From: Candidatus Aenigmatarchaeota archaeon
GTDB taxonomy: Archaea; Aenigmatarchaeota; Aenigmatarchaeia; PWEA01; JACQIF01
NCBI GenBank assembly: GCA_016432325.1
Contig: CP066684.1
Span: forward strand, 192,001 to 256,000
Reading direction: 5' to 3'
Length of the DNA: 64,000 nt
Shown here: piece by piece, positions 9,468 to 18,479 of the stretch
How the letters are laid out: the number at the start of each line of letters is the position of its first letter
How positions within the stretch are numbered: position 1 is the stretch's first letter
Program-made: the position numbers and the translations under genes
Notes under the pieces: generated by a model
The model's database searches: none
The model's input: only the letters and a program-made list of their open reading frames with translations
What the model was told of the DNA's origin: nothing

Positions 9468-10328
9468 TTAAACCTGCGCTAGCTGAGGGTCTATCTCTGC
9501 CCTGTACGTGACAGCCCTGCCTGCCTCGAGGAGTATGTAACCCGGTCTTTCCGACAGTTCGCCGTCGTGTTCAGAACTCGACAGAGCAGTGACAGGCTCA
9601 ATGCATACCTGCTTCTGCCCTTCGGGGGCCCATACCATCGTGTTGCCGAAGTCCGAGGATATCTCGACTGTTCTATCGACTCCCTTGTACAAGGCGCTAT
9701 TACTTCCCGGGAACTTGATGCATCCATTGGCTGCAGTCTTGCGCCTCGTATTGAGAAGAGTCCAAGGACCCGTTCCTGCGTCTATGGTCTCTTGCAAGTC
9801 GCGTCCTGACGTTCGGAACGCAGGATGCCAGCCCGCGGCGTAGGGCATCGGTTCTCTCGATGTGTTCGTTATCTGCAATTTCATCGAGAGCTCTCCACTA
9901 CGCAGGGCGTACTTCTTAGTCGCCGCGAAGCTGAAAGGGAAGATCGAGTGCACGTTAGGATTCTTCCTGCTCGGTACAGGCGTGCCGGCATCGTAGTGCG
10001 CCGCGAATATTGCATAATCGTCTCCTGTGTCGTCCGTGTCAGGTATCCAGTCCAAATCCCTCAAAAGGCCGTGCTGCTGCATCGGGTAGCGCGTGCCGCC
10101 TATCGTTATTGCGTCGTCGCGGCTCGGCCCGACTGTCGGACCCATGAGAACCTCGCTGTTTTGCCATCCCGTGCGCTCTTCGGCGGTCGGGTCCGGAGAG
10201 CCTCCGCCCCACATGAACTCGACGGGTTTGCCGTCTGCGTTCCTGCGCGCAAGGCTGTACAACTGCGCGTTCAGCTCGTTAATCTCCGCCGCCAGGTCGC
10301 CCTTTTCCAATCTAATCGCACTTAGCAT
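9468..10328 (-). CDS. aldose 1-epimerase-like (galactose mutarotase fold) protein
   Basis: QHGLLR, FPFSF, GWHPAF, VCIEP; start moved to MLSAIRL. Confidence 0.75.
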   Translation of the reverse strand: MLSAIRLEKGDLAAEINELNAQLYSLARRNADGKPVEFMWGGGSPDPTAEERTGWQNSEVLMGPTVGPSRDDAITIGGTRYPMQQHGLLRDLDWIPDTDDTGDDYAIFAAHYDAGTPVPSRKNPNVHSIFPFSFAATKKYALRSGELSMKLQITNTSREPMPYAAGWHPAFRTSGRDLQETIDAGTGPWTLLNTRRKTAANGCIKFPGSNSALYKGVDRTVEISSDFGNTMVWAPEGQKQVCIEPVTALSSSEHDGELSERPGYILLEAGRAVTYRAEIDPQLAQV

Positions 10329-10444
10329 ACCCGCACCCGTTACTGTTACATGGTGACTAATAACTATATAAACCCCTGCCGGGTCCAGGCGGCCTCGTCG
10401 CGGGCTTTTGCAACCTTTATAAAACCCTTCCTGCATGAGACTGC

Positions 10445-10912
10445 ATGGGACGCGTAAAGGACAACAAATACGTCGAGATGATGATGCGGGACATCACGAC
10501 GTTCGGCGGCGGCTTCTTCACGTTCTTCCTCGCTGTTCTGCTGTTCATAGTGGGCAAGGGCACGGTGGCAGAGCGGCTCGTGCTTGGATTCCCCTTAATC
10601 TATCCTATTACGGCGCTGATACGGCTCGTCTACTACAAGAAGAGGCCCAAGCCGGAAACGCACACGAACTTTATAGAATGGATAGATTCGTCGTCCTTCC
10701 CGAGCATCCACGCGGCCAACTCGTTCTACATGGCTTTCGTGCTGCACAGCGCGTTCGCCTCGAACCCAGCCTCGCTGTTCCTGTTCTTTTTGGCCGCGTT
10801 TGTGGGATACACGCGCATCTACTTCAAAAAGCACTATCCCGTCGACGTCGCGGGCGGAGCCGTTCTCGGCTTGGCGCTGTCGTATTTAACCGTCAACTAC
10901 GTAGTCCTCTAG
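10445..10912 (+). CDS. PAP2 family membrane phosphatase
   Basis: KKRP, SFPSIH, TRIYFKKHYPVD. Confidence 0.88.
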   Translation: MGRVKDNKYVEMMMRDITTFGGGFFTFFLAVLLFIVGKGTVAERLVLGFPLIYPITALIRLVYYKKRPKPETHTNFIEWIDSSSFPSIHAANSFYMAFVLHSAFASNPASLFLFFLAAFVGYTRIYFKKHYPVDVAGGAVLGLALSYLTVNYVVL

Positions 10913-10915
10913 GGT

Positions 10916-11395
10916 GTGGCCATGGAGATAGAACTCAGGAGAAGAATCTATGCTACGTTTGCCAATACGGCCGCCGGGCTGGGCTACTCTGAAGTCCACG
11001 GCAAGATAATCGGATGCTTGCTGATAACCCCGAATCCCGTTTCGCTGGCCACGCTCGCGAAGGAAACGGGCTACTCGGCCTCGATGATATCTCTGAGCCT
11101 TGATTTTCTGGAAAATCTCGGCATGATAGAACGCGTAAAGCACCACGGAGACCGTCGTTTGTTCGTCCGCACGAAGGGCGACCTCATGCAGGCCGTGAAG
11201 CGGGCCGTACAGGTCAAGCTCGAACGTTCTATAACAGACAGCCGGAAGGAGTTTGAAGCCTACAGGCGCGAGATAAAGGGACTGCCGGATTCTGAACAGA
11301 AAGGCCTGATGCTCGAGCGCGTGAGCGTTCTGGAAAAAGAAATGAAAAGGTTCGAGAGGTATGTCCGCCTCGTGGGCAAGATACGCCCTCCGTGA
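10916..11395 (+). CDS. GbsR/MarR-like wHTH regulator
   Basis: LGYSEVHGKIIGCLL, HTH, GDRRLFV wing, coiled C-terminus. Confidence 0.8.
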   Translation: MAMEIELRRRIYATFANTAAGLGYSEVHGKIIGCLLITPNPVSLATLAKETGYSASMISLSLDFLENLGMIERVKHHGDRRLFVRTKGDLMQAVKRAVQVKLERSITDSRKEFEAYRREIKGLPDSEQKGLMLERVSVLEKEMKRFERYVRLVGKIRPP

Positions 11396-11399
11396 CGTA

Positions 11400-11816
11400 T
11401 CAAAGAACCGCGGGTGCCCAGACGAGTATGTAGCCCATCAGGAGCAGCGCAACCAGATGGAAGGCCACGTCCAGCGCGTACAGCTGAAGAGGCTTGCCCT
11501 CCCATAGGACTTTGCCCAGCTGCACAGGCGCGATGAAACCGAGCCATGCCCACGCGCCTATCATCATGCCGCCGGCCGCGCTCGTGACGCCGGTAAGAGT
11601 GATGAACAGGCCGAGAACGAATGCCATCACGACAGAGCCTAAAATGGACGCCACGTACGCGGGGCTCATGTTTTTCTTCTTGGCGACCTTTACTTGCTTA
11701 TTCGTTATGCCGCTGAGTTTCATCCAGATCTTGCCGAAGAGCGGTCCGTACCACAGCATGCCAAGAACGAAGCTTGCCAGAGCGGCTATCGCAACCGCCA
11801 CGTATGTTATTGCCAT
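11400..11816 (-). CDS. DUF1761 family membrane protein
   Basis: LGMLWYGPLFGKIWM, WLGF, four TM segments. Confidence 0.85.
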   Translation of the reverse strand: MAITYVAVAIAALASFVLGMLWYGPLFGKIWMKLSGITNKQVKVAKKKNMSPAYVASILGSVVMAFVLGLFITLTGVTSAAGGMMIGAWAWLGFIAPVQLGKVLWEGKPLQLYALDVAFHLVALLLMGYILVWAPAVL

Positions 11817-11876
11817 GGCCTAGGTGCGGAAGGGCGGTATATAAATATCATTAACGGCAATCTCATCTGTGATATT

Positions 11877-12173
11877 ATGGCAATTCTGGACCCTGCAAAG
11901 GCTCTGATAGAGCTGAAAGAGAAAACCATGAATGATATAGAACGCGCCACAGCGACGACGTGGGGAGGTCGTGCCCTTGCGAGCTTCAAGCTCGTTGCCG
12001 AACAGGCGAGCCTCATGGAAAAATTCAGGCACTTCTACGAAGCAGAGAACTATCGTCAAGAGGCCCTCGAACACGCGTCGATGACAGAAGACCGCGGCGC
12101 GCTGCTCGTCCAGATACACGATGAAATCGAAGAGGAGCGCCAGAAGGCCTTGAAGCTTCTGAAAGGCGAGTAA
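11877..12173 (+). CDS. hypothetical helical protein
   Basis: ORF after TATA-like TATATAAATA; host-like codon usage. Confidence 0.6.
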   Translation: MAILDPAKALIELKEKTMNDIERATATTWGGRALASFKLVAEQASLMEKFRHFYEAENYRQEALEHASMTEDRGALLVQIHDEIEEERQKALKLLKGE

Positions 12174-12220
12174 GCGTCCCCCAAAGGTATTTAAGTCATA
12201 TTCACGTTCTCGGGTTTGGA

Positions 12221-12404
12221 GGGGCCATAGGATAACCCGGCAGTCCTGCCGGCTCCAGTTGGCGCAACTGGCGCGCTGAGTCTCCGGACGATGACAAGGA
12301 AGATACCGGCTAGTCCCGGTTCAAACCGGGCTTTCTTTAAAAAGAAAGCACGGGTGCAAAGAAACTCCGCTTTCCAGCACATGAGAATCCGGGTGGCCCC
12401 ACCA
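12221..12404 (+). tRNA. tRNA-Trp(CCA) with two introns (37/38 at ~12259-12304; T-loop at ~12326-12387)
   Basis: Acceptor GGGGCCA/TGGCCCC plus ACCA; anticodon arm GCCGG-CT-CCA-G|A-CCGGC; T arm CCCGG-TTCAAA|T-CCGGG; BHB-like junctions. Confidence 0.93.
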
Positions 12405-12471
12405 AAACGACGGGATATAGATATCTGCATGTTTTTGAACGCTTTTATTTTCTCACTGATCTGATTTAGAT

Positions 12472-12906
12472 ATGTATATTTTTGTGAGTTATTCAAAAGA
12501 AGGACTGAATTATGCTTCTATAGTAAAAAATAAACTAGCAGGAAAACAGCATATCACATTCCTATCTCATGATGAATCTTATGGAGGGTCTGAAGCATGG
12601 ACGCAAATTAGCGAAGCGTTGTACAATGCTAGGGTTGTTATATTCGTTGTGACAGAGAGTAGTCAAACATCCGATGGTCAAACGGCTGAATTCAATGCTA
12701 CAATGAATAACGCCAAACCCTACATTCCATTTATCAAGGACGGTATTGTGTTAAAACAGTTCTATATTATGACAGCTCGAAATCATATTAAATTCAATGA
12801 TTCCAACATTTCTGACAAAACGGACGAGCTTACTAGTTCTATAGAACGAATGAATATCTCCGAAGGCGATGCAATGGCAGTAAAACTTTCAAATGGTGAT
12901 AACTAA
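12472..12906 (+). CDS. stand-alone TIR domain protein
   Basis: IFVSYS (betaA), GGSEAWTQISEAL, VVIFVVT.SS..S, conserved catalytic-position Glu (TAEF), IPF. Confidence 0.85.
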   Translation: MYIFVSYSKEGLNYASIVKNKLAGKQHITFLSHDESYGGSEAWTQISEALYNARVVIFVVTESSQTSDGQTAEFNATMNNAKPYIPFIKDGIVLKQFYIMTARNHIKFNDSNISDKTDELTSSIERMNISEGDAMAVKLSNGDN

Positions 12907-13661
12907 TGGATTCTGTTGATGTTGGCAAGATAGAAACTTTTGTACATCAGATGTTGCAAGCGTACAATCACACTGCATTGTTGGATAGTATCGCCTCTGT
13001 CATAAGTTTTAATCCGGAAATACATGAGCAACTTGAATTGTCTCAAATAGGTAAGCGAACAGGTATACCGCGTAGATTCTTTTTTACTAATGACAACGTC
13101 GATAACAGTATGGTAGCAGCAGATTTTGCCCGTGCTATTGTTGCAGGAGAAAGAAACTTCTTTTTACACGAAATAGAAAAAAGCTCAGTTGTTGTTAATA
13201 TTTCAGGTTTCACCTACGAATCGATATTAAATGTAATGAGAACAATAGATAATCCAACGGATATGTTCATTCCCATAGAACCATTTTTTAACAACTTCTA
13301 CACGTGGAATAAACCCAACCATGAAAGAATACGTTTCGAATATATGAAAGAGCCAATACTACTAGCCGGTAATCAAGAAATAAGAGTACATTGGCTAACA
13401 ACAGACACTGGATTTACAGAGATTTTTATTACGAATCGCAAAGGTATTTCTTTGGCACGTAAGGAGTTCAAAGACGCCTCAACTCCGAAGGATTTTGATA
13501 TTATACCCGAGATGAATTATATCTCTCCTAAGGAGAAGTTGATGGTTTACTTCGGTAAGTCTAAGAAAACCGCAGATGACTTTGACCTAGTGATAAGAAC
13601 GATTGTCTCAAATCCCGTTGTTAATCCCAACGCCGCACTGAAAATAAGTGTTGATTCTTAA
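12906..13661 (+). CDS. uncharacterised 251-aa protein, possibly a truncated HK97/encapsulin-like fold
   Basis: TAATG overlap with TIR stop and GGTGAT SD; fold call is inference. Confidence 0.6.
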   Translation: MDSVDVGKIETFVHQMLQAYNHTALLDSIASVISFNPEIHEQLELSQIGKRTGIPRRFFFTNDNVDNSMVAADFARAIVAGERNFFLHEIEKSSVVVNISGFTYESILNVMRTIDNPTDMFIPIEPFFNNFYTWNKPNHERIRFEYMKEPILLAGNQEIRVHWLTTDTGFTEIFITNRKGISLARKEFKDASTPKDFDIIPEMNYISPKEKLMVYFGKSKKTADDFDLVIRTIVSNPVVNPNAALKISVDS

Positions 13662-13784
13662 CATCTTCTTCCAATACCAAAGCTTACTCCTAGAGATCCC
13701 TAGTGCCCGCGCCTCTGAGGACAAATAAATACCTTACTCTAGGGTGGGGTAACCTTTATATATTCCAAAGTTCGTTTAACCGGT

Positions 13785-14171
13785 ATGAAGTTAGAGCTGA
13801 TCATACCGGAGATATACAAAAACTCGACTGAGATACATGAACTCCAACAACTGTCGGATGACGTCAAATCCAACAAAATTAAGGTGTCCGTTAAGATCGT
13901 GGATGTCCCCGAAGCGGAGACTATTAAAATGCAACGAATGATGACTCCATCCATTCTACATAAAATTGGGATTAAACAAACGCAGAAAACAAAGAACCTT
14001 TATCCTACCCTTCTCGTTTGTGACGACGATGGAAAAGTGATCACGTTCTATCCGCAGAAAAGAAGAGGACGAGATGGCGGCGAGATAAGCATCAAAGAAT
14101 TTCTTAGGAGCTTCGTTAAAGGTAGGATTGTTGCGTTGCATGAGAAAAATACGTTAGAATCGTTGATGTGA
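13785..14171 (+). CDS. hypothetical protein, possibly thioredoxin-like fold without CxxC
   Basis: YPTLLVCDDDGKVITFY...SIKEFL; upstream CTTTATATA box. Confidence 0.5.
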   Translation: MKLELIIPEIYKNSTEIHELQQLSDDVKSNKIKVSVKIVDVPEAETIKMQRMMTPSILHKIGIKQTQKTKNLYPTLLVCDDDGKVITFYPQKRRGRDGGEISIKEFLRSFVKGRIVALHEKNTLESLM

Positions 14172-14172
14172 T

Positions 14173-14799
14173 ATGACTTGGAATTCCATAATTGAAGCTA
14201 CGGTTAGCGGGGTTGCCGCTGCGCTAATCTCTGCCATAATCATATTTGTAGCTAAAGCTACTCTGGGAAGAAAGTTAAAAGAAAGGTCAATTAAAACAGA
14301 GGTTCCCGACGTCTCTGGTTCTGTGTTAAACAATCCATTTTTAATATCTTTGTCCCTTACATCATTCGCTGTTGTACTAACCTTTTTTAGCATGGTCTAT
14401 TCGTGGCAAACTTTTAGTTATATTTATCTAACTGTTGCAGATTTTGTGCTTGGTATTGTAACTTATTGGATATACAATAACCAATGTCCGAACTGCAATA
14501 GAATTTTTACAAAGCGGTTACTTAACAAGGAAATATTGAAAGAAGAAAGAAGACCATATACATATAGAGATTATACGATTTATCTGTATGCAGATGGTTC
14601 CGAAAAAGACCGAAAATATCATGGCGCAGAAAAAACTAAAATGGAAACATGGAGAACCGAGAGAGAGTTTTATGAATGCTATGGGTGTACTCACGAATGG
14701 GAACGCTTATTCGAAAGAAACTTAGATCTCAGCAATAGGCCTAGACCGAATCTCATTAGAACTAAATACAATCAGCCAACCATCTTTGACAATTATTGA
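14173..14799 (+). CDS. membrane protein with a split Zn ribbon
   Basis: Three TM segments, then CPNC...CYGC. Confidence 0.6.
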   Translation: MTWNSIIEATVSGVAAALISAIIIFVAKATLGRKLKERSIKTEVPDVSGSVLNNPFLISLSLTSFAVVLTFFSMVYSWQTFSYIYLTVADFVLGIVTYWIYNNQCPNCNRIFTKRLLNKEILKEERRPYTYRDYTIYLYADGSEKDRKYHGAEKTKMETWRTEREFYECYGCTHEWERLFERNLDLSNRPRPNLIRTKYNQPTIFDNY

Positions 14800-14811
14800 G
14801 TTTCGGCAGTT

Positions 14812-15189
14812 TTATTTGAAAGGCAACTCCTTTACATTATTGCCGTAAACCATTCCATCATTATCAATAAACGTGGCATTGATTAATATCGTGGACCCCT
14901 TAAACTTTTTCAAGTTACTGCAGGGAAACACGCCATTGGGACTTTCCATTACATTCAACTCGCCAGAACAGACAATCACAGATTCGGAAGTGGCCTCGAC
15001 ATTAACTTTACATATGGGGGTTTGTGCAATCGCTGCTAGCGGGGGCGGTACTTTACTAAACCCCATTATCATTTTGTCTGAACAGGAAATGGCTATACCG
15101 GGCGTTGTGAATAAGATTGTGTATGAAATTCCCAATAAGGTCACCAGTGCAAATAGCACCACCAATCTCATTTCAGATTTTTTAGCCAT
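14812..15189 (-). CDS. secreted or membrane-anchored hypothetical protein
   Basis: N-terminal hydrophobic helix, four Cys, AGGAG SD. Confidence 0.55.
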   Translation of the reverse strand: MAKKSEMRLVVLFALVTLLGISYTILFTTPGIAISCSDKMIMGFSKVPPPLAAIAQTPICKVNVEATSESVIVCSGELNVMESPNGVFPCSNLKKFKGSTILINATFIDNDGMVYGNNVKELPFK

Positions 15190-15199
15190 AGTATCTCCT

Positions 15200-15517
15200 T
15201 TAGGTAAACGCTCCTAATATAAGAAATGTCCCGTACACGGATAAATTTAAAACAAACGCTAAAGCCGTGGATATTATACACACATCTAGCATTCTATAAT
15301 ATATGCTTAGAAGACTTTTACGATAAAGTCTTTTGCTATGGAGAATTATTTGGATGAAAATTAATAACATCCAAAGGAAAACTAAAACAAATAAACTTCC
15401 TCTGATTAGCCCGAATGAAAACAAATTCGAAGTGGCTGGCACGATTCCTAAAATTCCGATAAAAAGGCTTATCAATATGCCAAACCGTTCGGTCGGTTGT
15501 TTTTCAGCGTTGCTCAT
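15200..15517 (-). CDS. small three-TM hypothetical protein
   Basis: Hydrophobic ORF directly upstream of and co-oriented with 14812..15189. Confidence 0.5.
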   Translation of the reverse strand: MSNAEKQPTERFGILISLFIGILGIVPATSNLFSFGLIRGSLFVLVFLWMLLIFIQIILHSKRLYRKSLLSIYYRMLDVCIISTALAFVLNLSVYGTFLILGAFT

Positions 15518-15666
15518 CTACTGATCACATATGACTAGGAATCTTATACTTAAAGAATTCAAAAACATGGAGATGTCTATATCCCCACCAATTTCCCAGC
15601 CCTCCATAGCCCCCGCTAAATCAATCAAAAATAAAGAAAAAGCTAGAGTCAACGCTGAGCGCAACT

Positions 15667-15831
15667 CTAGAAGCGCTGCCTGGGAACGAAGCACGCCTTG
15701 CAATAGACGGGCTTTCCTTCCGTTGGCTTGAAAGGCACTTCGCATTCCTGTCCGCATTTGCTGCAGACGGCCTTGTGCATTTCGCGTGGACCGCGGTCAA
15801 AGCCGCGTCCGCCACCAAAACTTCTTTCCAT
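15667..15831 (-). CDS. CxxC-x17-CxxC domain protein, 54 aa
   Basis: Different frame from the track ORF: MERSFGGGRGFDRGPREMHKAVCSKCGQECEVPFKPTEGKPVYCKACF; AGGTGA SD. Confidence 0.9.
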   Translation of the reverse strand: MERSFGGGRGFDRGPREMHKAVCSKCGQECEVPFKPTEGKPVYCKACFVPRQRF

Positions 15832-16028
15832 TTCATTTCACCTGTTTGTTTTTCTAGCGAATTAAGATCTCGAGAATTCGGAACGACACGCTCTTTCGAA
15901 ACGCTCTACTCCCACACTCTCTACTGTCTGACTTCGCTGCCCCAGATGGGGATACACACCTATTTAAGCTTCGTTTGAGGCTCTTTTGCAGGCTACTTTT
16001 AAGGGGGATGCGGCATGAAAAAGGTCTT

Positions 16029-16541
16029 ATGCGAAGGGCGTACCTATTGGCAATTCTGTTGGTGAGCGGTTGTATGGCTGTACAGGCGGCGAAGAACGGG
16101 GACACGGTGAGCGTCGACTACGTAGGAAAGCTCCAGGACGGAACGGTCTTTGACACTTCTATAGCGGCCGCGGCGAAGGCGGCAGGCGCTTACAATGCGC
16201 AGCGCGACTACGCGCCGCTCACAGTCAAACTGGGCTCAGGGGGCGTCATAAAGGGCTTCAATGACGGCATCGTCGGGATGCGCGTCGGGCAGACGAAAGA
16301 CGTCACGATACCGCCGGAAGAAGGATACGGTGAAAGCCAGGAAGAGCTCATCATTAACGTCTCTACAGAAGAGCTGCGCCAAGCCGGCATAAACGCCACA
16401 ATAGGCATGGAAGTGGGCTCCAGAAGCGGCGCCCGGGGAAAGATCATGGCCGTCGCCGACGGAAACGTGACCATAGACTTCAACCACCCTCTTGCAGGCA
16501 AGACCCTGATATTCACGATAACCCTGGTTTCGATAAAGTAG
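16029..16541 (+). CDS. FKBP/SlyD-type peptidyl-prolyl isomerase with lipoprotein-like signal
   Basis: VDYVGKL.DGTVFDTS, IPPEEGYG, DFNHPLAGK; LLVSGC. Confidence 0.9.
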   Translation: MRRAYLLAILLVSGCMAVQAAKNGDTVSVDYVGKLQDGTVFDTSIAAAAKAAGAYNAQRDYAPLTVKLGSGGVIKGFNDGIVGMRVGQTKDVTIPPEEGYGESQEELIINVSTEELRQAGINATIGMEVGSRSGARGKIMAVADGNVTIDFNHPLAGKTLIFTITLVSIK

Positions 16542-16568
16542 TTTAATACAGGCTTGGTAAGGATTGCC

Positions 16569-17363
16569 ATGCTCGATTCCGCGTTGACGCAAATCAGGGT
16601 GCGCATTCTGGAGAAGGTGAAGTACTTCACTGTCCTGCCGCAGCTCAACGGCCAGAGGGCGAAGTATCTCAAATCCGTGATGGACTACTGGACTTCAAGG
16701 CGCGTCACATTCCCTGCAACGACTCTCAGGCTTCGCGGCTCGGTGTTCGCGACGCGCCAGAACAGCATGGACATACCGCACCTCTCGAATCTCTATGAAC
16801 CGCAGACCACCTCGTTCATTCTGGGAGCGAAGCCGAAGATGTTCGTGGACGTGGGCGCGCACGTCGGCCGTTTTACCGTCACGGCCGCGGCCGGAGGCGC
16901 GCGCGTTCTCGCGCTGGAGCCGAGCAGGGAAAATTACAGAACGCTCATGCGTAACATATCGGCGAACGGCCTTGGACGAAAAGTCAACGCGCTGAACATC
17001 GGCTGCTCGAACAGGAAAGGAACCGCGACGCTGTACTTCGTTCCTTCGCAGGAAGGCACGTCTTCCATGAAAAAACAGCGCGGCGTCGGAGAGGCGTGCC
17101 GCGTCGACAGGCTGGACAGTATAGTGCAGAAGGCGGGACTGAAAGCGGAGGACGTCGGCCTGATAAAGATAGACGTAGAAGGCCTCGAAGCGATCGTTCT
17201 GGAAGGTTCGGCAAATATTCTGAAGAGGGGGAAGCCTACGCTCGTGTTGGAGATAATGGAAGACGCGAGAAACAGGAAGATAACGGCGTTTTTGTCCAAG
17301 TTCGGCTATCGTTGCGTGAAACGTTTGGACGGCAAGAACTCCGTCTTCTCCGCGCGGTCATAG
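16569..17363 (+). CDS. FkbM family methyltransferase
   Basis: DVGAHVG, LEP, IKIDVEGLE. Confidence 0.88.
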   Translation: MLDSALTQIRVRILEKVKYFTVLPQLNGQRAKYLKSVMDYWTSRRVTFPATTLRLRGSVFATRQNSMDIPHLSNLYEPQTTSFILGAKPKMFVDVGAHVGRFTVTAAAGGARVLALEPSRENYRTLMRNISANGLGRKVNALNIGCSNRKGTATLYFVPSQEGTSSMKKQRGVGEACRVDRLDSIVQKAGLKAEDVGLIKIDVEGLEAIVLEGSANILKRGKPTLVLEIMEDARNRKITAFLSKFGYRCVKRLDGKNSVFSARS

Positions 17364-18479
17364 CACGAGCAGCACGCTCAACAGCGACGCCAGATAGAAA
17401 CCGAACCCCAGCGTGTCAGCGGCCAGAGCGACTACAATCAGACAGGTCAGCTTGCCCATGTTCATGAGAGTCTCGCGGAAGAGCGTGTAGCCGACGACAT
17501 CGTTTTCCTTGGCGTGGCGAATGAAACTGCGGTATACGGGCAGGTCCGCGCCCAGGGCGACGATTCCCATCGCAAGCGATGCGGCGAGCACGAGGAACTC
17601 CGTTCGGGCGAGAGGCAGCAGGTAGTAGAATGCTGCGAGAGGCACCGCCGTTATTCTCAAGACCTTCGTCGTGCCTATTCTGTCGGTGATGCGGCCGAGA
17701 TAGTTGGAAAAGAATATGGAGCCGACTATCGCGAGGGAACCGGCCACTCCGACTCCGAAGAAATCGCCAAGGACGGCGAAGATGAAGACGGGCCACAGAA
17801 TCCCCTCAATCACCGCACGGAAACCGTCCACGAAGAAACGTATCGCGTAGCGCATGTTCTCTGTCGTTGCATACGAAGACCACGACACTATCTCCGGTTT
17901 TTTGACGTCCTTCGTCGCAAGCAAAGGCAGGGTGGAGAGAGCCACCAGCGTCAGCGCGGAAAGGAAGAGGGCCGGGAAGCCGTAGGTCGTCAGGATGAGT
18001 CCTCCGAGCAAAGGTCCGAATATGGCGGCCGCGCGCACCGCGCTGAAAAGCACGCCCGACTCGGCGCCTTCCTTTCTCTTGTCCGTGGACAGGGAAAAGT
18101 CCGTGTGCAGGCCCATCCAGTAGAGGGAGAGCGCAACGCCGCCCAAGGCCGCTATGACGGACGGGTTGACAGGACTGGTGTCGTAGACGTTCAGCAACAC
18201 GAGCTGCAGCATGAGGAACGGCGCGGAAGCGGCTATGGTGTGCTTGAGACCTATCACGGGCATCAGGCGGACAGTGATGAAGTTGGCGACCATCGACGTC
18301 AGGTACATGACGCCGTAGTATTGCAGCAGCATCAGGGGCAGCGGCATTCCCTTGCCGAGGAAATACAGAGGCACGAACACTCCGACCATGGAAAGCCCGA
18401 ACGAGCGCAAAAACATGTTGGCGAATATTTCGTTCAGCTCGATGTTGAAATGCCAGTACTTCCGTATGGGTTCGAACGT
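17358..18479 (-). CDS. MFS transporter
   Basis: About 12 TM segments, GPLLGG, GRITDRIG; frame open to an ACG at 18479 downstream of GGAGGTGA (first ATG 18416). Confidence 0.8.
   Translation of the reverse strand, partial: TFEPIRKYWHFNIELNEIFANMFLRSFGLSMVGVFVPLYFLGKGMPLPLMLLQYYGVMYLTSMVANFITVRLMPVIGLKHTIAASAPFLMLQLVLLNVYDTSPVNPSVIAALGGVALSLYWMGLHTDFSLSTDKRKEGAESGVLFSAVRAAAIFGPLLGGLILTTYGFPALFLSALTLVALSTLPLLATKDVKKPEIVSWSSYATTENMRYAIRFFVDGFRAVIEGILWPVFIFAVLGDFFGVGVAGSLAIVGSIFFSNYLGRITDRIGTTKVLRITAVPLAAFYYLLPLARTEFLVLAASLAMGIVALGADLPVYRSFIRHAKENDVVGYTLFRETLMNMGKLTCLIVVALAADTLGFGFYLASLLSVLLVL

Larger units (their letters stand above)
12405..15591. mobile_element. AT-rich genomic islet at the tRNA-Trp 3' end (no integrase seen)
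   Basis: Abrupt GC drop right after CCA; CCCCACCAA at 12397-12405 repeated at 15583-15591. Confidence 0.65.

Noticed and set aside
12900-12910. Frameshifted single TIR fusion gene
   Set aside because: TAATG overlap with a properly spaced GGTGAT SD indicates translational coupling
12472-13661. Thoeris, CBASS or SPARTA assignment, or a prophage capsid gene
   Set aside because: No SIR2/Macro ThsA, cyclase or pAgo motifs; no terminase, portal or integrase nearby
15621-15836. Track ORF MKWKEV...
   Set aside because: Wrong frame; 15667..15831 gives a recognisable CxxC-x17-CxxC protein
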